Shown here piece by piece: positions 12,941 to 26,407 of a stretch of DNA of 64,000 nt. This DNA comes from Octopus vulgaris (Eukaryota): positions 71,548,001-71,612,000 of the forward strand of contig OX597818.1 in NCBI GenBank assembly GCA_951406725.2, given 5' to 3'. How positions within the stretch are numbered: the first letter of the stretch is position 1; every line of letters begins with the position of its first letter. The notes under the pieces were generated by a model. The model made no database searches. It worked only from the letters and a program-made list of their open reading frames with translations, and was not told the origin of the DNA. The position numbers and the translations under genes are program-made.

Positions 12941-13340
12941 TAGGCATGGCTGTGTGGTTAAACAGTTTGCTTTCCAAATGCATAGTTTTTGATTCAGTCC
13001 CACTGCATGGCACCTTGGTCAAGTGTCTTCAGCTAGAGCCTAGGATCAACCAAAGCCTTATGAATGGATTTGGTAGACAGAAACTGAAAGAAGCCCATTG
13101 TAATAAATATTTATGTATGTGTATGTGTGTGAGTGTATGTTTGTGTCTTTTGTTTTGACCTCATGTGATTATTGTAACTGAATGTCATTCATTTCCTATG
13201 TTCTGCTAAAAAAACATGTCATGCTATTAAGAAATATTACCTTCCTTGAAAACAGGTATGGGTTGGCAACAGAAAATCTATCTCCCTAAATTCTGTCCAC
13301 TCTATTCAAGTATGGTAAAGTAGGTGTTAAAATGATGATG
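12941..13340 (+). mobile_element. SINE family B copy
   Basis: GCATGGCTGTGTGGTTA...CAGTCCCACTGCATGGCACCTTGG..AAGTGTCTTC...GGATTTGGTAGACAGAAACTGAAAGAAGCC. Confidence 0.8.
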
Positions 13341-13633
13341 ACAGGACTTGGATTAATCTATTTACCAAGTCCTTAATTTCTCAGCTATAACTGGGACCTA
13401 ATTTCGTTCATACATATAATGTCTATTTTCCATGCTAACATGGCTATGACAAGAAATGGCCTGAAGTAGGATTTTATAGTAGGAGTTTTTTTTTTTTCTA
13501 TTGCCAACTCTTACCTGTTTTCATAAGAGATGTTTTTAAGTTTTGATATTCAATCACTCTTTAAAAAGTGCAAAGCAACCAGTCATAATGTCTACATCAT
13601 CACCATTCCACTAAAGCAAGGCCATGATGTTAA

Positions 13634-14613
13634 CACTGTACTTAGCCTTTGTTGACTTGGAAAAAGCTTTTGATGGAGTCCCCTACTCTGTTATATGGTG
13701 GTCTCTAAGGAAGTTAGGAGTAGAGGAGTGTCTTGTTAGAGCTGTGCAACCATGTACAGTGGTGCTGTCAGTAAGGTGAGAGTTGGCCATGAATTCAGTG
13801 ATAAATTTAGTGTTCAGGTAGGGGTTCCCCAGGGATCAGTTCTCAGCCCACTCTTATTATAGTCCTCCAGGCCATAACAGTGGAATTCAAAACTGGGTGC
13901 CCATAGGAACTGTTATATGCTGATGACCTTGCTCTTATTGCAGAATCTTTAGCAGAATTGGATAAGGAATTTCAGGTATGGAAACAAAACCTGGAATCAA
14001 AGGGCCTTAAAGTTAACCTAGCAAAGACCAAAGTTGTTAGCAACAAAGAAGATAAAACTATCTTTTCATCATGTAAATGGCCCTACTCAGTACGAAGGAA
14101 AGGAGTTGGAAGAAATTCCCTTTGCTGCACCCAGTGTAAACTATGGACACATAAGAGGTGCAGTGGAATCACAGCTATATTAACAGATAGAGTAGTCTTT
14201 GTACATGGCAGATGTGCAGGAACAATAAGCACTAAGAGCACACAGGAATTAGATTCTCTCAAATGCCCAGGAGGCTCTCTTGAGGTTGTAGATAGTTTCT
14301 GTTACCTAGATGACCAACTTAGCAATGGTGGAAGATGCTCTGAAAGTATTGTTTCTAGAATAAGAATTGGGTGGGGGGAAGTTCAGAGAGCTATTACCTC
14401 TGCTGGTAACAAAAGGCCTCTCTCTCAGAATGAAAAGTAGACTATATAGTGCTTGTGTACAAACAGCTATACTTCATGGTAGTGAGACATGAGCTCTGAA
14501 TGCTGGAGACATGCATAGACTGGAGAGAAACGAAGGTAGTATGCTCCGTTGGGTGTGGGGTGTGGTACCGTCCCAGCCATGCTAGCATGGAACACAGACA
14601 TTAAATGATGATG
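13634..14613 (+). mobile_element. RTE-like LINE reverse transcriptase remnant
   Basis: LAFVDLEKAFD, GVPQGSVLSPL, LYADDL and KVNLAKTK are broken by frameshifts and stops. Ends in the CCATGCTAGCATGGAA...(ATG)n tail. Confidence 0.9.
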
Positions 14614-15036
14614 CATTTGCTCACCCATCCAAACACCCATACACAATAAGCTTCCTTCCATTTCCATTCACCAAATTTGCTCACAAAGTATTGGTCAGCT
14701 CTGTTTTATATTTGGGTGCTGTGTAGTGGAAGTGAACCTGAAACCATGTGGTTGTAAGACGAACTTCTTAACCAGCCATACCTGAACCAAATTTACATAT
14801 ACTCAGGATCAACATACTATTGAATATAAGTCATACTCTTTTATACTTGACTGATTTTCAAGTAAAAAACTGGGACATGACTTATGCATGGAGCAAAGCA
14901 GAAATAATGAAGGGGAAAAATTTGTTTCAAGATTTAACACTAAATTAAGGGGTGCAAGTAATTACTGAGTTTATAACTAAATTTGTAGAATAAGAACAAT
15001 TGATCAACAACATTGATAGGTTGAAGATAACCATAC

Positions 15037-15121
15037 CTCATCATCGAGTGGCACAATAGAATGTGAATTAAAATCCATTTTAACAACAGCATGTTTCAGA
15101 GGGCACACTATAAAGACATCA
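15037..15121 (-). CDS. RBBP5: RBBP5 coding exon 5 (DVFIVCPLKHAVVKMDFNSHSIVPLDDE)
   Basis: Aligns to human VLVCPMKSAPVMLTLSDSKHVVLPVDDD. Phases join exons 4 and 6. GCAG acceptor and GTATGG donor. Confidence 0.9.
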
Positions 15122-15784
15122 CTGCAATAAAGAACAACCATTAGTAACAAACCAACAATAATCTGAATTTTAAACACTGCACTGCCAAAAACACGAAATT
15201 ATGACAAGGTGCCAATAGGGGAGACAACTTGATTTTTACTAGGAGTTTGGGCAGTAAACAGATTTTAGATGACCAATTATAAGGATATTTCTCAGTAAAT
15301 GTTCGATTTGACTCTAATTTTATAATTACCAACAACAGAGATAAAAAGAGGATAACGAAATAGCTTCTCATAAAATAGATCTTCATTACTTTCAATGTTG
15401 GAACCATAAATTTCATGTGGGATATTTTAAGTGTTGGAATCATGAATATCAAATATTAATTTGAGGGACATAAAATGGGTCCAAAAGCAACATGTCAAAT
15501 GGTAAAGGAGACAATGGCTACAGGTTAGCCGGTTGTTTACATAAATCACCAAAGTTAATTTGAAATTTCATCTCACTGGAATTGAGAAAATAAATCCCTG
15601 CAATATAAAGGAATAAGAAAATAGAAACCAAATATATAAATCATAACATATGTGTCTGTTTTAGATTTTAGTGGTTTCTCCACCATTGCAGACTATCGCA
15701 AATATTACGTTTCCTAGCTAGCAGATCCTTGGAAGAAATAATTACTCAATGAGGGGTACTCCACTATCCAATGCACCATCTGCT

Positions 15785-16898
15785 GTCAACAGCCACTGAA
15801 TGCTGGGCATGCTGTGGTTGCTGATGCACAGACATGTGCTCAGGCTATGTCATCTCCAGCCTTTCCGTGATGGTGAGCAGGTGTGGTTGCTATTTGTCAG
15901 ATACACTCTTCCACAGCTCATCTCTTTAACTAAGCTGCAATCCTGGATTAGGCGTAGACCAAAGAGGGGCGCTTGGCACCTTGAGTGCCATCAAGCGCTC
16001 ACAGCCCTCCACCAGTCGGGCAATGCAATCGGTAGTAGTTCCACTCTAGTGTTCTATAGAGGGTTAGTGAAGGAAAAGTGCAATGATGTTCGTGGGGAAA
16101 CTTTAGGTTTCCATGAGGATCAACTTACTGGTCTGTTTCGGAGAACTTTTGGGCCAGGGCCTATGGATAACTTCCAGAAATCCCTTGCCTGGCAGTTTTA
16201 CCAAGGGATGCTGCCCATTCAGGATATACTTTACAGGTATAAAAGAGCTGTCAGCTGGGCTGGCGCACTCAGAGCAATGAAACCATTCTGCACTTGTCCA
16301 ATGCCCAAGCATTGCTGACTATGGGTTTATGTTGAACAGCTGCTATCACATGTAGGACAGATCTGACTATCAGCTGAATCCATAGTGAAGATTGCCCCAT
16401 TGGCCTCCTTTAACTGGGAGGGGCAGGCGATTTTTATTTGTCTGGTGGCTGTAGCAAAAGTGGTAGTATGGTGGATTCGTTCGAAAGGGCTAAAATCAGA
16501 CACTTTCCCCTATGGCCAAACCCTCATCAACATTTTCAAGTTTCACTTGAAAAGGATAGTGAGGGTGGAGAAGGAAGTGTTGCCATCTAACAAATTTATT
16601 GAAAGGTGGGTGAATGTTGGAAAAATGGCCAGTGTGAATGGACCAATTCTGAGAATACACCTGTAAAGGAATAAAAGAAGGGCTCTTGCCCTGTTGATCA
16701 GGTACCCATTGCTTTTGTGGGTTTTTCTATGCATAACCTTTAAAGCACCTCTCCCTATTGGGAGTTTTACTTGTTACCTTTTTATTGTTATTTAATGATT
16801 ACACAAATGTGAAAACCTTTGTATCGTTTTGTGTTGTCTTTTATGTATAATTTATATTAGCCTTTGTGGCCAATAAAAGAATAAATTATTATTATTAA
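15785..16898 (+). mobile_element. 3' end of an L1/Tx1-like non-LTR retrotransposon
   Basis: Higher-GC island with ORF pieces 15800-16318 and 16385-16666 (KSLAWQFYQGMLPIQDILYR, zf-RVT-like). AATAAA at about 16872 followed by an (ATT)n tail. Clade assignment is inference. Confidence 0.6.
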
Positions 16899-16914
16899 CA
16901 ATAAATAATAATAA

Positions 16915-17343
16915 TGTTAGTTGCTTGACCATAACCAGTTGAGCATCTCTATTAGTGGCTGATGATATGTGCATCTCTGATTATGAGTAGGAGTAGTGGA
17001 GGAGCATCATAGCCATTTGCTGAGAGGAATTTTGGGGGACCTGAATAATTCACCTCTGGAAACATGGGTGTTTCGTTCATCAGACTTAAACAAACCTTCT
17101 TCAGGGACCTTCTGAGTGGGATAGCCAACTCGATATGAGGAAAATTCTGAGTCCACCCCCATGCAAGATCACACACTGTTTAGCTTGATAAGAGGTCACC
17201 AAGTCAATCACATATGGTTGTGATGCACATGCCAGATGTACTCTTATCAGATGGATAGTCATGATGGGTATAGTGGGCTTTGTATATTTGTACCCCAGTG
17301 TCACTTTGATGGCATGCATTGTTCTTTCAATCAATAATAATAA
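16915..17343 (+). repeat. Interspersed repeat, same family as 7715-7998
   Basis: Direct sequence similarity to the 7.7-8.0 kb copy. Confidence 0.7.
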
Positions 17344-17381
17344 CACAATATATAGAAATGTCTATAGAGAGCTTTACTTAC

Positions 17382-17522
17382 CTATTTCTAGGATGAAACT
17401 GTACTTTTAATACAGGAGATGGAAAGCGGTATGTTCGATCACATTCTCCACTCTGTACATCCCAGATTGAAACAGTGTTGTCTGTGGCAGCACTAAGTAA
17501 CTTGTGGCCATTCCTGTTTACA
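17382..17522 (-). CDS. RBBP5: RBBP5 coding exon 4 (VNRNGHKLLSAATDNTVSIWDVQSGECDRTYRFPSPVLKVQFHPRN)
   Basis: Matches human RDGHKLVSASTDNIVSQWDVLSGDCDQRFRFPSPILKVQYHPRD. CTGCAG acceptor and GTAAGT donor. Confidence 0.95.
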
Positions 17523-18692
17523 CTGCAGAAATCAAACACTCAAAATAAAGACATATAGAAATACACTTCTTACATAACCAAAAGTCAATGGAGATGCCAC
17601 AGTAGGGAATTCAAAGAACTACTTTCGGAAATATTTTGTCAACCCTCACATTATGTTCATTTGTTCTATGTCATCTCTAATAATAGGTATGTGTGTGGCC
17701 TGTATAAGCACACACAATAATTCAGAGATACAAGTTGAAATAATAAAGCCAAAGTAATAGTCACACAATTCTGTAGAGGACTTAATTCGATTGTGTAAAG
17801 CTGATTCAGGAAGCTCAAGGAAAAAAGATACATTTGAAAATGTTGTCACTGATAGACAAAGAAAGGATCATACTCATGTGAATATATGTGTATTACATGT
17901 CCTTTTCTTGCTTGTAGGATCACACACAGCAGGAAATTGAACAGTAACAACTGAGTCATTTGATTTGAACAAATGTGTATAGTTTTGTCTTACTGAAGAC
18001 ATAACATTTCTCATGGTGGTACAAAATGCATCCAGTACACTCTGTAAAGTGGTTGGTGATAAGAAGGGCATCTAGTCATAGAAATGAAGCCAAAATTAAA
18101 CACAAACACCAGTCTATGATGGTTGTGGCTCCTAATGAGAACTGACCTGGACTGTAATGACCCACCCAACACGTCAGCATAAAGTGGATGTAAAATGATA
18201 AAATGACAATATACACACACACTCATTTGTGTGTGAGTATACATATATATATAAACACACACATACAGGTAAGATGTTTGCTTCAGAACCAAGTGGCTTA
18301 GAGTTTTCACTACATGGACATTGTCAGTTAGCATCTCCTACTATAGCTGCAGGTTGACCAATATCTCCTCGAGTGAAATTTGGAAAATGGAATCCTGAAA
18401 CCTATTGTGTAAATATGCGTGCATGCGTGCATGTGTGTGTGTGTTGCCCTCTTCTCTGGTAAGTCACTGCCATGCAAATAGCAGCACTTGTTTACAATAT
18501 TCTGCAAAAGGATTAGCAACCAATGCAGAGTTTGTTAGCTAGAGGGCTAAGGGAAATATTACATTACTCAGAAACAGGTGAGGGTTGACAACAAGAAGAG
18601 CATTAAACCATAGAAAAATCAACCTTAAAGTTTCAGCTAACCCATACCAGCATGGAGATGTAGAAATTAAAACAATGGTTATAATAATGATA

Positions 18693-19140
18693 TCATCATC
18701 ATCATCGTTTAACGTCCACTTTCTATGCTAGCATGGGTTGGATGATTTGAGGTTTGGCGAACAAGATGGCTGCACCAGGCTCCAATCTGATCTGGCAGAG
18801 TTTCTACAGCTGGATGCCCTTCCTAACGCCAGTCGGCAGTACTGGCAACGGCTATGCTCAAAAGGTGCTTTTTATGTGCCACTTGCACAGGAGCCAGTCC
18901 AGCAGCATGAATGTTTTTTCACCAGCACAAGTGCCAGTAAGGCGATGCAGGTAACGATCAAACTCGAATGGTGCTTTTTACATGCCACCAGCACAGAAGC
19001 CAGTTTGTTGTTCTGGCAACGATCACACTCGGATGGTACTCTTAGCGCTCCACTAGCATGGATGCCAGTCATCGAATTTGATTTCGATTTCACTTGCCTC
19101 AACAGATCTTCGCAAGCAGAGTTTAGTGTCCAATGAAGGA
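18693..19140 (-). mobile_element. RTE-related 3' UTR or RTE-tailed SINE
   Basis: (CAT)n then CGTTTAACGTCC...TGCTAGCATGGGTTGG and CTGGATGCCCTTCCTAACGCCA, shared with the RTE 3' UTR at 40710-41100. Confidence 0.7.
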
Positions 19141-19184
19141 ATATGTAAAACAATGGGATTCAAGCCTCTTCTCCTTATCTCCTC

Positions 19185-19645
19185 AAAGACATACAGCACC
19201 TCGAAAGAGTCCAGAGGCTGGCTACCCGCATGGTTCATGGTCTCAAAAATTTGTCCTACGAAGAAAGGCTGAGGACGCTTGACCTTTGTTCTCTTGAAAA
19301 ACGCCGCCGCCGTGGTGATCTCATTCTCGCCCACAACAACATAAGCGGGAAGTGTAACCTCTCGAAAGAGCTGTTCTTCACTCCTGCTCCGGAGCGTCGG
19401 CTGCGGGGTCATTCCGAAAAGCTCTACCTGCGACGATTTCATCTCAATCGAAGGAGAGGAGCTTTCTCTGTCTGGGTTGCGGATCCGTGGAACAAGCTGC
19501 CAGACGAGATGGTGAAGATGCCGACTTACCGCTTTGTTCAAAGCCTCCCTGGACCTCAAGTGGCCTGAACTCTTTACATGAACACCACCCTGTACTTAAC
19601 TCCATGTCCCCCTACATGGCCTTGCTATTTGCTTTTGAGCCAAAT

Positions 19646-19676
<31 letters not shown>
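19185..19676 (+). mobile_element. Young 5'-truncated CR1-like LINE with (AACT)n tail
   Basis: HLERVQRLATRMVHGLKNLSYEERLRTLDLCSLEKRRRRGDLI...RGHSEKL...WNKLP. CpG-rich. Tandem AACT tail at 19646-19675. Confidence 0.9.
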
Positions 19677-19739
19677 TTGCATCCAGGCAACTATTTATAA
19701 CATGCACATACACACAGATATGTACACCATTATACTGAA

Positions 19740-20097
19740 TTTTCATTTTACTTGTTTCAATCATTGGACTGTGACATGCTGGAGCACTGACTTCAAGGGT
19801 TTAGTTAAATAAAATGATAAACAGTAATTATTTTTAAACCTGGTGCTTATTCTATCAGTCTTTTAAGCTGAACTGCTAAGTTATAGGGATATGAACAAAC
19901 CAACACCAGTTGTTAAGTAGTGTGGTGGTGGAAGCAAACAGAAACACATGTATACATATGACAGGCTTCCAGCATTTCTCTCAAACAAATTCACTCACAA
20001 GTCATTGGTCAGCCTGAAACTACAGTAGAAGACACTTACTCAAGGTTCTTTGCAGCAGGACTGAACCTGAAACCATGTGGTTGTAACCACATAGCCA
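19740..20097 (-). mobile_element. SINE family B-type copy
   Basis: TTTTACTTGTTTCA.TCATTGGACTG...AGAAGACACTT..CAAGG...GACTGAACCTGAAACCATGTGG. Confidence 0.75.
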
Positions 20098-20899
20098 CTG
20101 TAAAGTTTAAAAGTCTTTCATCTCCTGCTGGTCACTGATGCAGTTCTACAAATGTTAGCAACCAGGTTGTGCAAAGACTTCAACATGTTATACTATGTAA
20201 ATACCATTATGAAATAACACAAAAGTCAGTACAACAGCATTCTTGTGTGTATTCTAAACAGAATATGTGTCTGTTTTAACTATTCCATGAAGTAATTGTT
20301 TCAGTTTCTTCCACTTATCAAGTAAAGCAGTGATCTACTTAAGTTATTTATGAATCTGTGCAATGCTAGGTAGTTTAGTTAATGTGTGTATGTACATAAA
20401 TAAGCAGGTAAGTGTTCACCAGGACAGTTTTCAGCCCCAACCTCTCTTGTTTGTTATAGTTCTCCAGGTTAAACCAAAGTAGTTTAAGACACATGTATGC
20501 TGATGATTTAACTCTCATCTTCAAACACAGAAGCAAAGAGGTCTCAGAGTAAGCTTACTGTAGTTAACAGGAAAACAAACATCAAAACTCTGCTGCCACT
20601 ACAGAGGTTGTCATGATCACTGTAAAGTGTACCAAATGTAAAAGATGGGTGTGCAAAAGATCCAGTTAGGTCACAGACTTGTTATGTAGCTGTTACACAG
20701 GAGTAGTGAGCATTAAGAGTCCCCTTGAAATAAATTCTTTCAAATGCTTGGATTGATCCCTAAAAGTAGTTGATAACTTCTGTACCCTAAGTGACTTAAT
20801 TATGCTATTACCTCTGTTGGCAATAAGAGAAATTTCTCTCCAAGTGCCAGGCAGATTGTAAAATGCTTGTGTGATGCCCATGCAATATTGAAAAGTGAA

Positions 20900-21277
20900 A
20901 GATGGGCACTGCATATAGAGTGTGTGCAAATGCAATAAAGAAATGAAGCAAGCAAGCTGTGCTGACTGTGTAATGTTAGTGTGGTTGAAAGAAAGAGCAC
21001 AAATGAACTGAGATAAAAAAAAAAACAGAAATATTGTGTAAGGGTACAGCAGTGGTACAGAAGAACCAAGTAATCCAAATGGTCAGAACGAAGGAGTTTG
21101 CAGAAGAGGAAGACAAGGGATGAAGTGGTGAAAGTTAATCTCAAGGAACTAAACCTCACCAAAAATATGGTGAAGAATTACAAGAAATGGTGAGATTCTG
21201 TATTTGAGAAGTCCTGTGCAAACCATGCAAGAATAGAAAAGTAGACACAAAAATAATGACTGTGTGATGATGATGAT
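20900..21277 (+). mobile_element. Degenerate RTE LINE 3' fragment
   Basis: RNEAS...CNVSV and RKTRDEVVK remnants with an (ATG)n tail. Confidence 0.6.
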
Positions 21278-22299
21278 CTTGTTTTAATGTTTACTTTTCC
21301 ATGCCTGCATGATTCAGACAAAATTTGTTGAGGCAGATTTTCTACAGCCAAATGCCCATCTTGTCAACCCTCATCTGTTTCCAAGCATGGTAGCAAGGTA
21401 ATATTTCTCTATGATTGGACAGGTTTCCTTGAAGTAGTGAATAACACCACATTTATGATGGTGACACTTGTTTACAATTATGAAGTGACATCAAAATGAG
21501 GAAGTACACACACACTTCCATCTCTCTCACCAAATCTCATTCTCCTTTCTTCTACTTTTCCCTTTCATTTCTCTCTCCACTTATCTTCCACACACTTCCA
21601 CACATTTACATATGTAGCTTACACTCCTTCCAATACACACAACATGCATATCTCCAGCACATGTTTACATATAATAAGCATGTACAGAAATTCCTCACAT
21701 ACATGAACACACACACATGCAAACATACAAACACACATCACTTGGCCTCCTGATCCCACTATTGCTACTAATCTGTTAGTTCAACCCTCACACACTCACA
21801 TACAACTATTCCATGCTGCACTCCCTTATATACAAACATGCAACTTGCAACCTACACACATGAAAACATATATGTAAATGTGCATTACACACACACACAC
21901 ACACACACAATAACCATTTTTGCACTCTCCTGTCTTCAAAAACCACATTCTTTATTTTTCTCCAGCTTCCAGTCAGTTATTTCTTGGTCATTTAAAGACA
22001 CAAGTGCTTTTCTCTGGACTATCTGCTCCTTCCTTTCCTCTTCTCTGGAATTTTCCCTCTATCTGACAAAGAGTTATGCTCGAAATGTCATTTCTACTCC
22101 TACATTTCCATCTAAAACTTTCACAGAGCATTAGTCTAATGTATTCACTGTGTATGTCCAATTGACTTCTGTTGATGTCTTTTCTCGTTTTTTTTTTTTT
22201 TTGTACATGAATTTGCCTATATATATGTACACACAATGAGCTTCTTTCAGCCATACAGAATTATACTTCACATGCAAATATGCATATAATCTGCTCTCC

Positions 22300-22860
22300 A
22301 CTCTGAGGGAGAAGCCTTTTGTTGCTTGCTAGTAGAGGTAATAGCTTGCTAAACGTTTTCAAACCCATTCTTACTCTGGTTCCTATACTTTAAGAACATG
22401 ATCCACTATAACAAACTTGGTCACTTAGGTATAAAAAAAAAAACTATCAGCTAGTGCTAAAGAACACTCCAGGCATTTGAGAGAATCTATTTTGCAAGTG
22501 CACTTAGTGTTTATTGTCCATACACACCTGCTGCATATGAAATCTATCATCTTCAGTTAACCAAACTTGTGATTTCACTAAATCTTGTGTGTCAACTGTT
22601 TACACAGGGCACAATGTTTTGAATTTCTATCAACTCTTTTTCTGCATATCAAGTAAAGCTATGTCCCTGACAGCAGTAGAGCCCTTTCTTTCTTATTTAC
22701 TAAAGATTTAGTCTTTATTAAATTCATTTTCCATATCTGTAATTTATTCTCCATATCTGTTATAAGAACTATGCCTTCTATATAAAGGAAGTAGAGAGCA
22801 ATACCTTGATAGCCTCCTAATTCCATGTTAAGTTTGTCACTGAACTTGTTGCTGAGCACA
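22300..22860 (-). mobile_element. Highly degenerate RTE LINE fragment
   Basis: Minus-strand remnants RNS..CALCKQLTHK and IDSLKC, homologous to the other RTE copies. Confidence 0.5.
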
Positions 22861-23679
22861 CTAAATTTATTGTTGCAATCAATATTTCACTATATCTATC
22901 AAACATACTTAACACTACACTGTGTATAAAACACATTTAACATCACACTGTGACCATCAAACATAGCAGCCCAGCTAACTCTACTTTTGCTGCTGATACC
23001 TTTTAAAATGTTTCTATTTAATTTTAAAAATCTACCATCGTATTTTTCACATTAGAAAGTTATATACTAAACACTAACATAAGAATATAAAAGTTATTTT
23101 ATTGAATCCATCTAAATTATTGGTTATTTTCCAAATTACTTGAATATCAGTAGAAAGATTGTCATAATCATGAACAAATTAATACGCAGTTCACCAAACT
23201 ACAAATAGGCTACACATATAATAGGAACTTCATGATCTTGTTGTACTGAATGTAAATCATACCATGAGTATATCTCTGGTGGGTTAGTATTAAGTGTTAT
23301 TAGAGATAATTTTTTTAAATGTGTGTGAGAGAGAGAGAGAAAGAGGAGAGAGAGACAGTTGGATTACTCACCTCAGTTTAAACAGATTAGTGAACAAATG
23401 GTAATGTTTGTGATGGAAAAAAATAATGGTAATAATAAGAGAACCTGTTCAGGTCTGCTCTTATTGAATACAAGACAATCTGTGAGAGAATGGAAAATGG
23501 TTTATAAAACAGGTGGGGTTAATGAGGAGAATTGTACAATTCACCTCTGTGGCAAAAATGAACATGTCTTTTGGACAAAGAGGACATTCATACACAACTG
23601 TCACCGATGATCAATGTTAGCTAACTATAAACAGTTTGGAAATAAACCGATAAAGACAGTTAGAAGAAAGTAATAATAA

Positions 23680-23892
23680 TCCTTTCTAATACAGGTACAA
23701 GGCCTGAAATTTTGAGGGGAAGGAGCAAATCTATTACATTGATCCCTGGTATTTATTTTATCGACTCCCAAAAGGACGAAAGGCAAAGTCAACCTCAGTG
23801 GAATATGAACTCAAAATGTAAAAAGCTAGAAGAAATGCCATTAAGTATTTTGTCTGACACAGTAATGGTTCTCTCAGTTCACCACCTTATAA
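23680..23892 (-). mobile_element. SINE family A copy
   Basis: Reverse-complement core AAAGGAC/TGAAAGGCAAAGTCAACCTC. Confidence 0.75.
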
Positions 23893-24857
23893 TAATTCCA
23901 GAGAGGAAATTCTACTTATCAAAGGTTAGCACATTCACCATAGCAGTAAAGAAAGGTGGCACTTTAAATTAATTACAATATTCAGAAATAGATGATATAC
24001 ACCTTCATCATAACTTTAACAGTATATTCACACAATGTGTGTTTGTTTAGCCTGAGGTCAATGTTGAACAAGCAGACATAATGATCAAAGATACTCAAGC
24101 CATGGTCATCTCATCTTAGGAGTATGCAAAATTACATTATCTTATGTGTCTTTCCTTAATTTAAGACAGTAGAGTGTGATTCAAAGAAGGGGGGGGGCTG
24201 TTATTTTAGGCATGCCCAGTAACCACAAAACTACTAGTGATATTTGTTCTTTGCTAAGTTACAAACACTTATCATTTTCACCTTAAGAAATACGGTGAAC
24301 ACTAATTATAAAATAGATGAAAATACAGCTAATCCAGATGTTATGTAATGGATTTCACAAGCCATATTTACTAAAGTAGTAAGCAGTGGGGGAGGTTAAG
24401 CCAAGAAGTGATACAAGAATATGAGAAAAGAGAGACAAGAAAGTGAAAGAATTAGTGATGATGATTAGCAGTTGATGAAAGAATTGGCAAAAAAAGTTGA
24501 GAGTTATTGTTAAGTTTTTAGGCCTGGAGACAGAGGAAAACTGTCACAGCTTTAACAGCAACATTAAAATAATTAGAGTTTTAGAAATAGTGAAGCAACC
24601 AAAGGATAATAGGGTCCAAGCAGGAGGAAGAAATCACAAATTTCTAGTTTGGAAACAGGAAAGTGGGTAGCGAGTTGGGGGGGAAATAGAAAAAAGCAAC
24701 AGATCAAAGAATTTGAAAGACAGGTAAGTTAAGTAGGTTGGCAATGAAATTGTGATAGTTAGCTAACTGGTGAACAAAGATGATAGAGGTAAAACTGGCC
24801 TCATTGAATACAAGGTGAAACATGTTGGTTAACAGAGATGATATGTGTACAACTCAC

Positions 24858-25030
24858 CTCAGTGAACAGACAGGATGAACGTGAGCATTGATAACCTTAG
24901 CTATTCCTCTCGTCAAGAAGTCCCACAAAACAATGCGGCCATCGTTGCAACCAACGGCCAAAATGGTTCCTTGCCGGTTGAACACACATGTTACAGCGAT
25001 GCTCACGCAATCCAAAGCACCATCAAACTC
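24858..25030 (-). CDS. RBBP5: RBBP5 coding exon 3 (EFDGALDCVSIAVTCVFNRQGTILAVGCNDGRIVLWDFLTRGIAKVINAHVHPVCSL)
   Basis: Near-identical to the first WD40 repeat of human RBBP5. TTTCAG acceptor and GTGAGT donor. Confidence 0.97.
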
Positions 25031-26407
25031 CTGAAAAAAGCAAGACTCAGTTATTATCAAAAATAACAATGACAATCTTATGACCTGTTTAATTACTGTC
25101 TGCAACAAGTCAGGTAAATCCATTTCTGTTGAACAATCAAATAAAAAAAATCAACAGACAGACTGGAAGGCAGGCAGCCAATCTGACAATGTTATAGGAA
25201 ATGAGTTTTCATTATTAAAACACCCAAATCACAATAATTCATCAACATTTAGATATCAGTATATCTTAGAGCTGTTGACAGCAAGCAGACTAACAATTTA
25301 AAACTGTAAGGTTTATATATATGTATAAAGAACTAAAAGACACACCAATAACTCTTTTACCATCTATCTTAAATGTGAAAGCAGCTATAAGTAATAGCTC
25401 ATGATACATTATCAATTTATGTCCACTTTCTATGCTAGAATGGGTTGGATGTTTTGACCAAGTCTTCTTATTCCAGTGTTCCAGTTTAGACATGGATTCT
25501 TATAATGCCAACCACTTTACAGAGTGAACTGGGTGCTATTTTCATGACACCAATACTAACAAGGTTGTCTTTTAGCTTGAAGACTAAAAAAAACCCTTGA
25601 CTGAAAGGGATGATAGAAGATAGGGTGATCACATTAAGCAAAAGAGAAGATTTATGGTTACCTCTCATATTACATAGATGAATGGAAGAAGATTGAGTTA
25701 AAAACCCAAGGTAGTAAAAGAGGTGGAAAACCAGCCATGGCATTTGAACTATGCATCTATCATAATCTGGTCATCATACACATCAAAGTAACTGACTAAC
25801 CATCTAGTTTATAGAAGATACACAGTTTAAGTTCCTCGGATGGCTTTCACCTTCTTTTCTGTCCAAGGGGTGTTTTAACCCAAATCACTTTGAGTTTTTA
25901 CTTATAGTTACATTCGCATTCAAGACACATTGTAAAAGTAACATATTTACTAATTAATATATTTTTCCAAACAAGTGATGGAGAATCAAAATTACACATA
26001 ACTAAGGATTTATTATTCCACGTTAATATTTGGTAATAAGTGTTAAACTAAGTAAATAAAGACTATATATTAATATGGTTTAAAACATATAAGTGTTCAA
26101 TTACAAATCTTTAAGTTTAGATCCCAGAAATTTTCACATCTCTGGTTGGTTCAGTATTCCATCAGTGGATAAGGAAACAGATCCAATACTGAATGTAAAT
26201 ACAAATGTCATTATTGGGCTAATGATCTTTTGATGATACAACTCTAATTGGAATTCTGTTTACAGTAAATTCCTGTTATTTTAATATCAGTAGTTAAAGG
26301 AAACCTGCCAAAGTTACAATGTCAGAAGTTTCAGCTCATATCTGGATCATAATACTAAGAGGAAGGATGCTGGAAATTGGATTGTTATTAAGTGTAGAAA
26401 ACATTAC

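Noticed and set aside
19053-19559. 168-aa minus-strand ORF
   Set aside because: It is the antisense shadow of the GC-rich CR1 fragment.
24380-24840. Purine-rich segment resembling an ancient LINE on the minus strand
   Set aside because: Too degraded to support with a recognisable motif.
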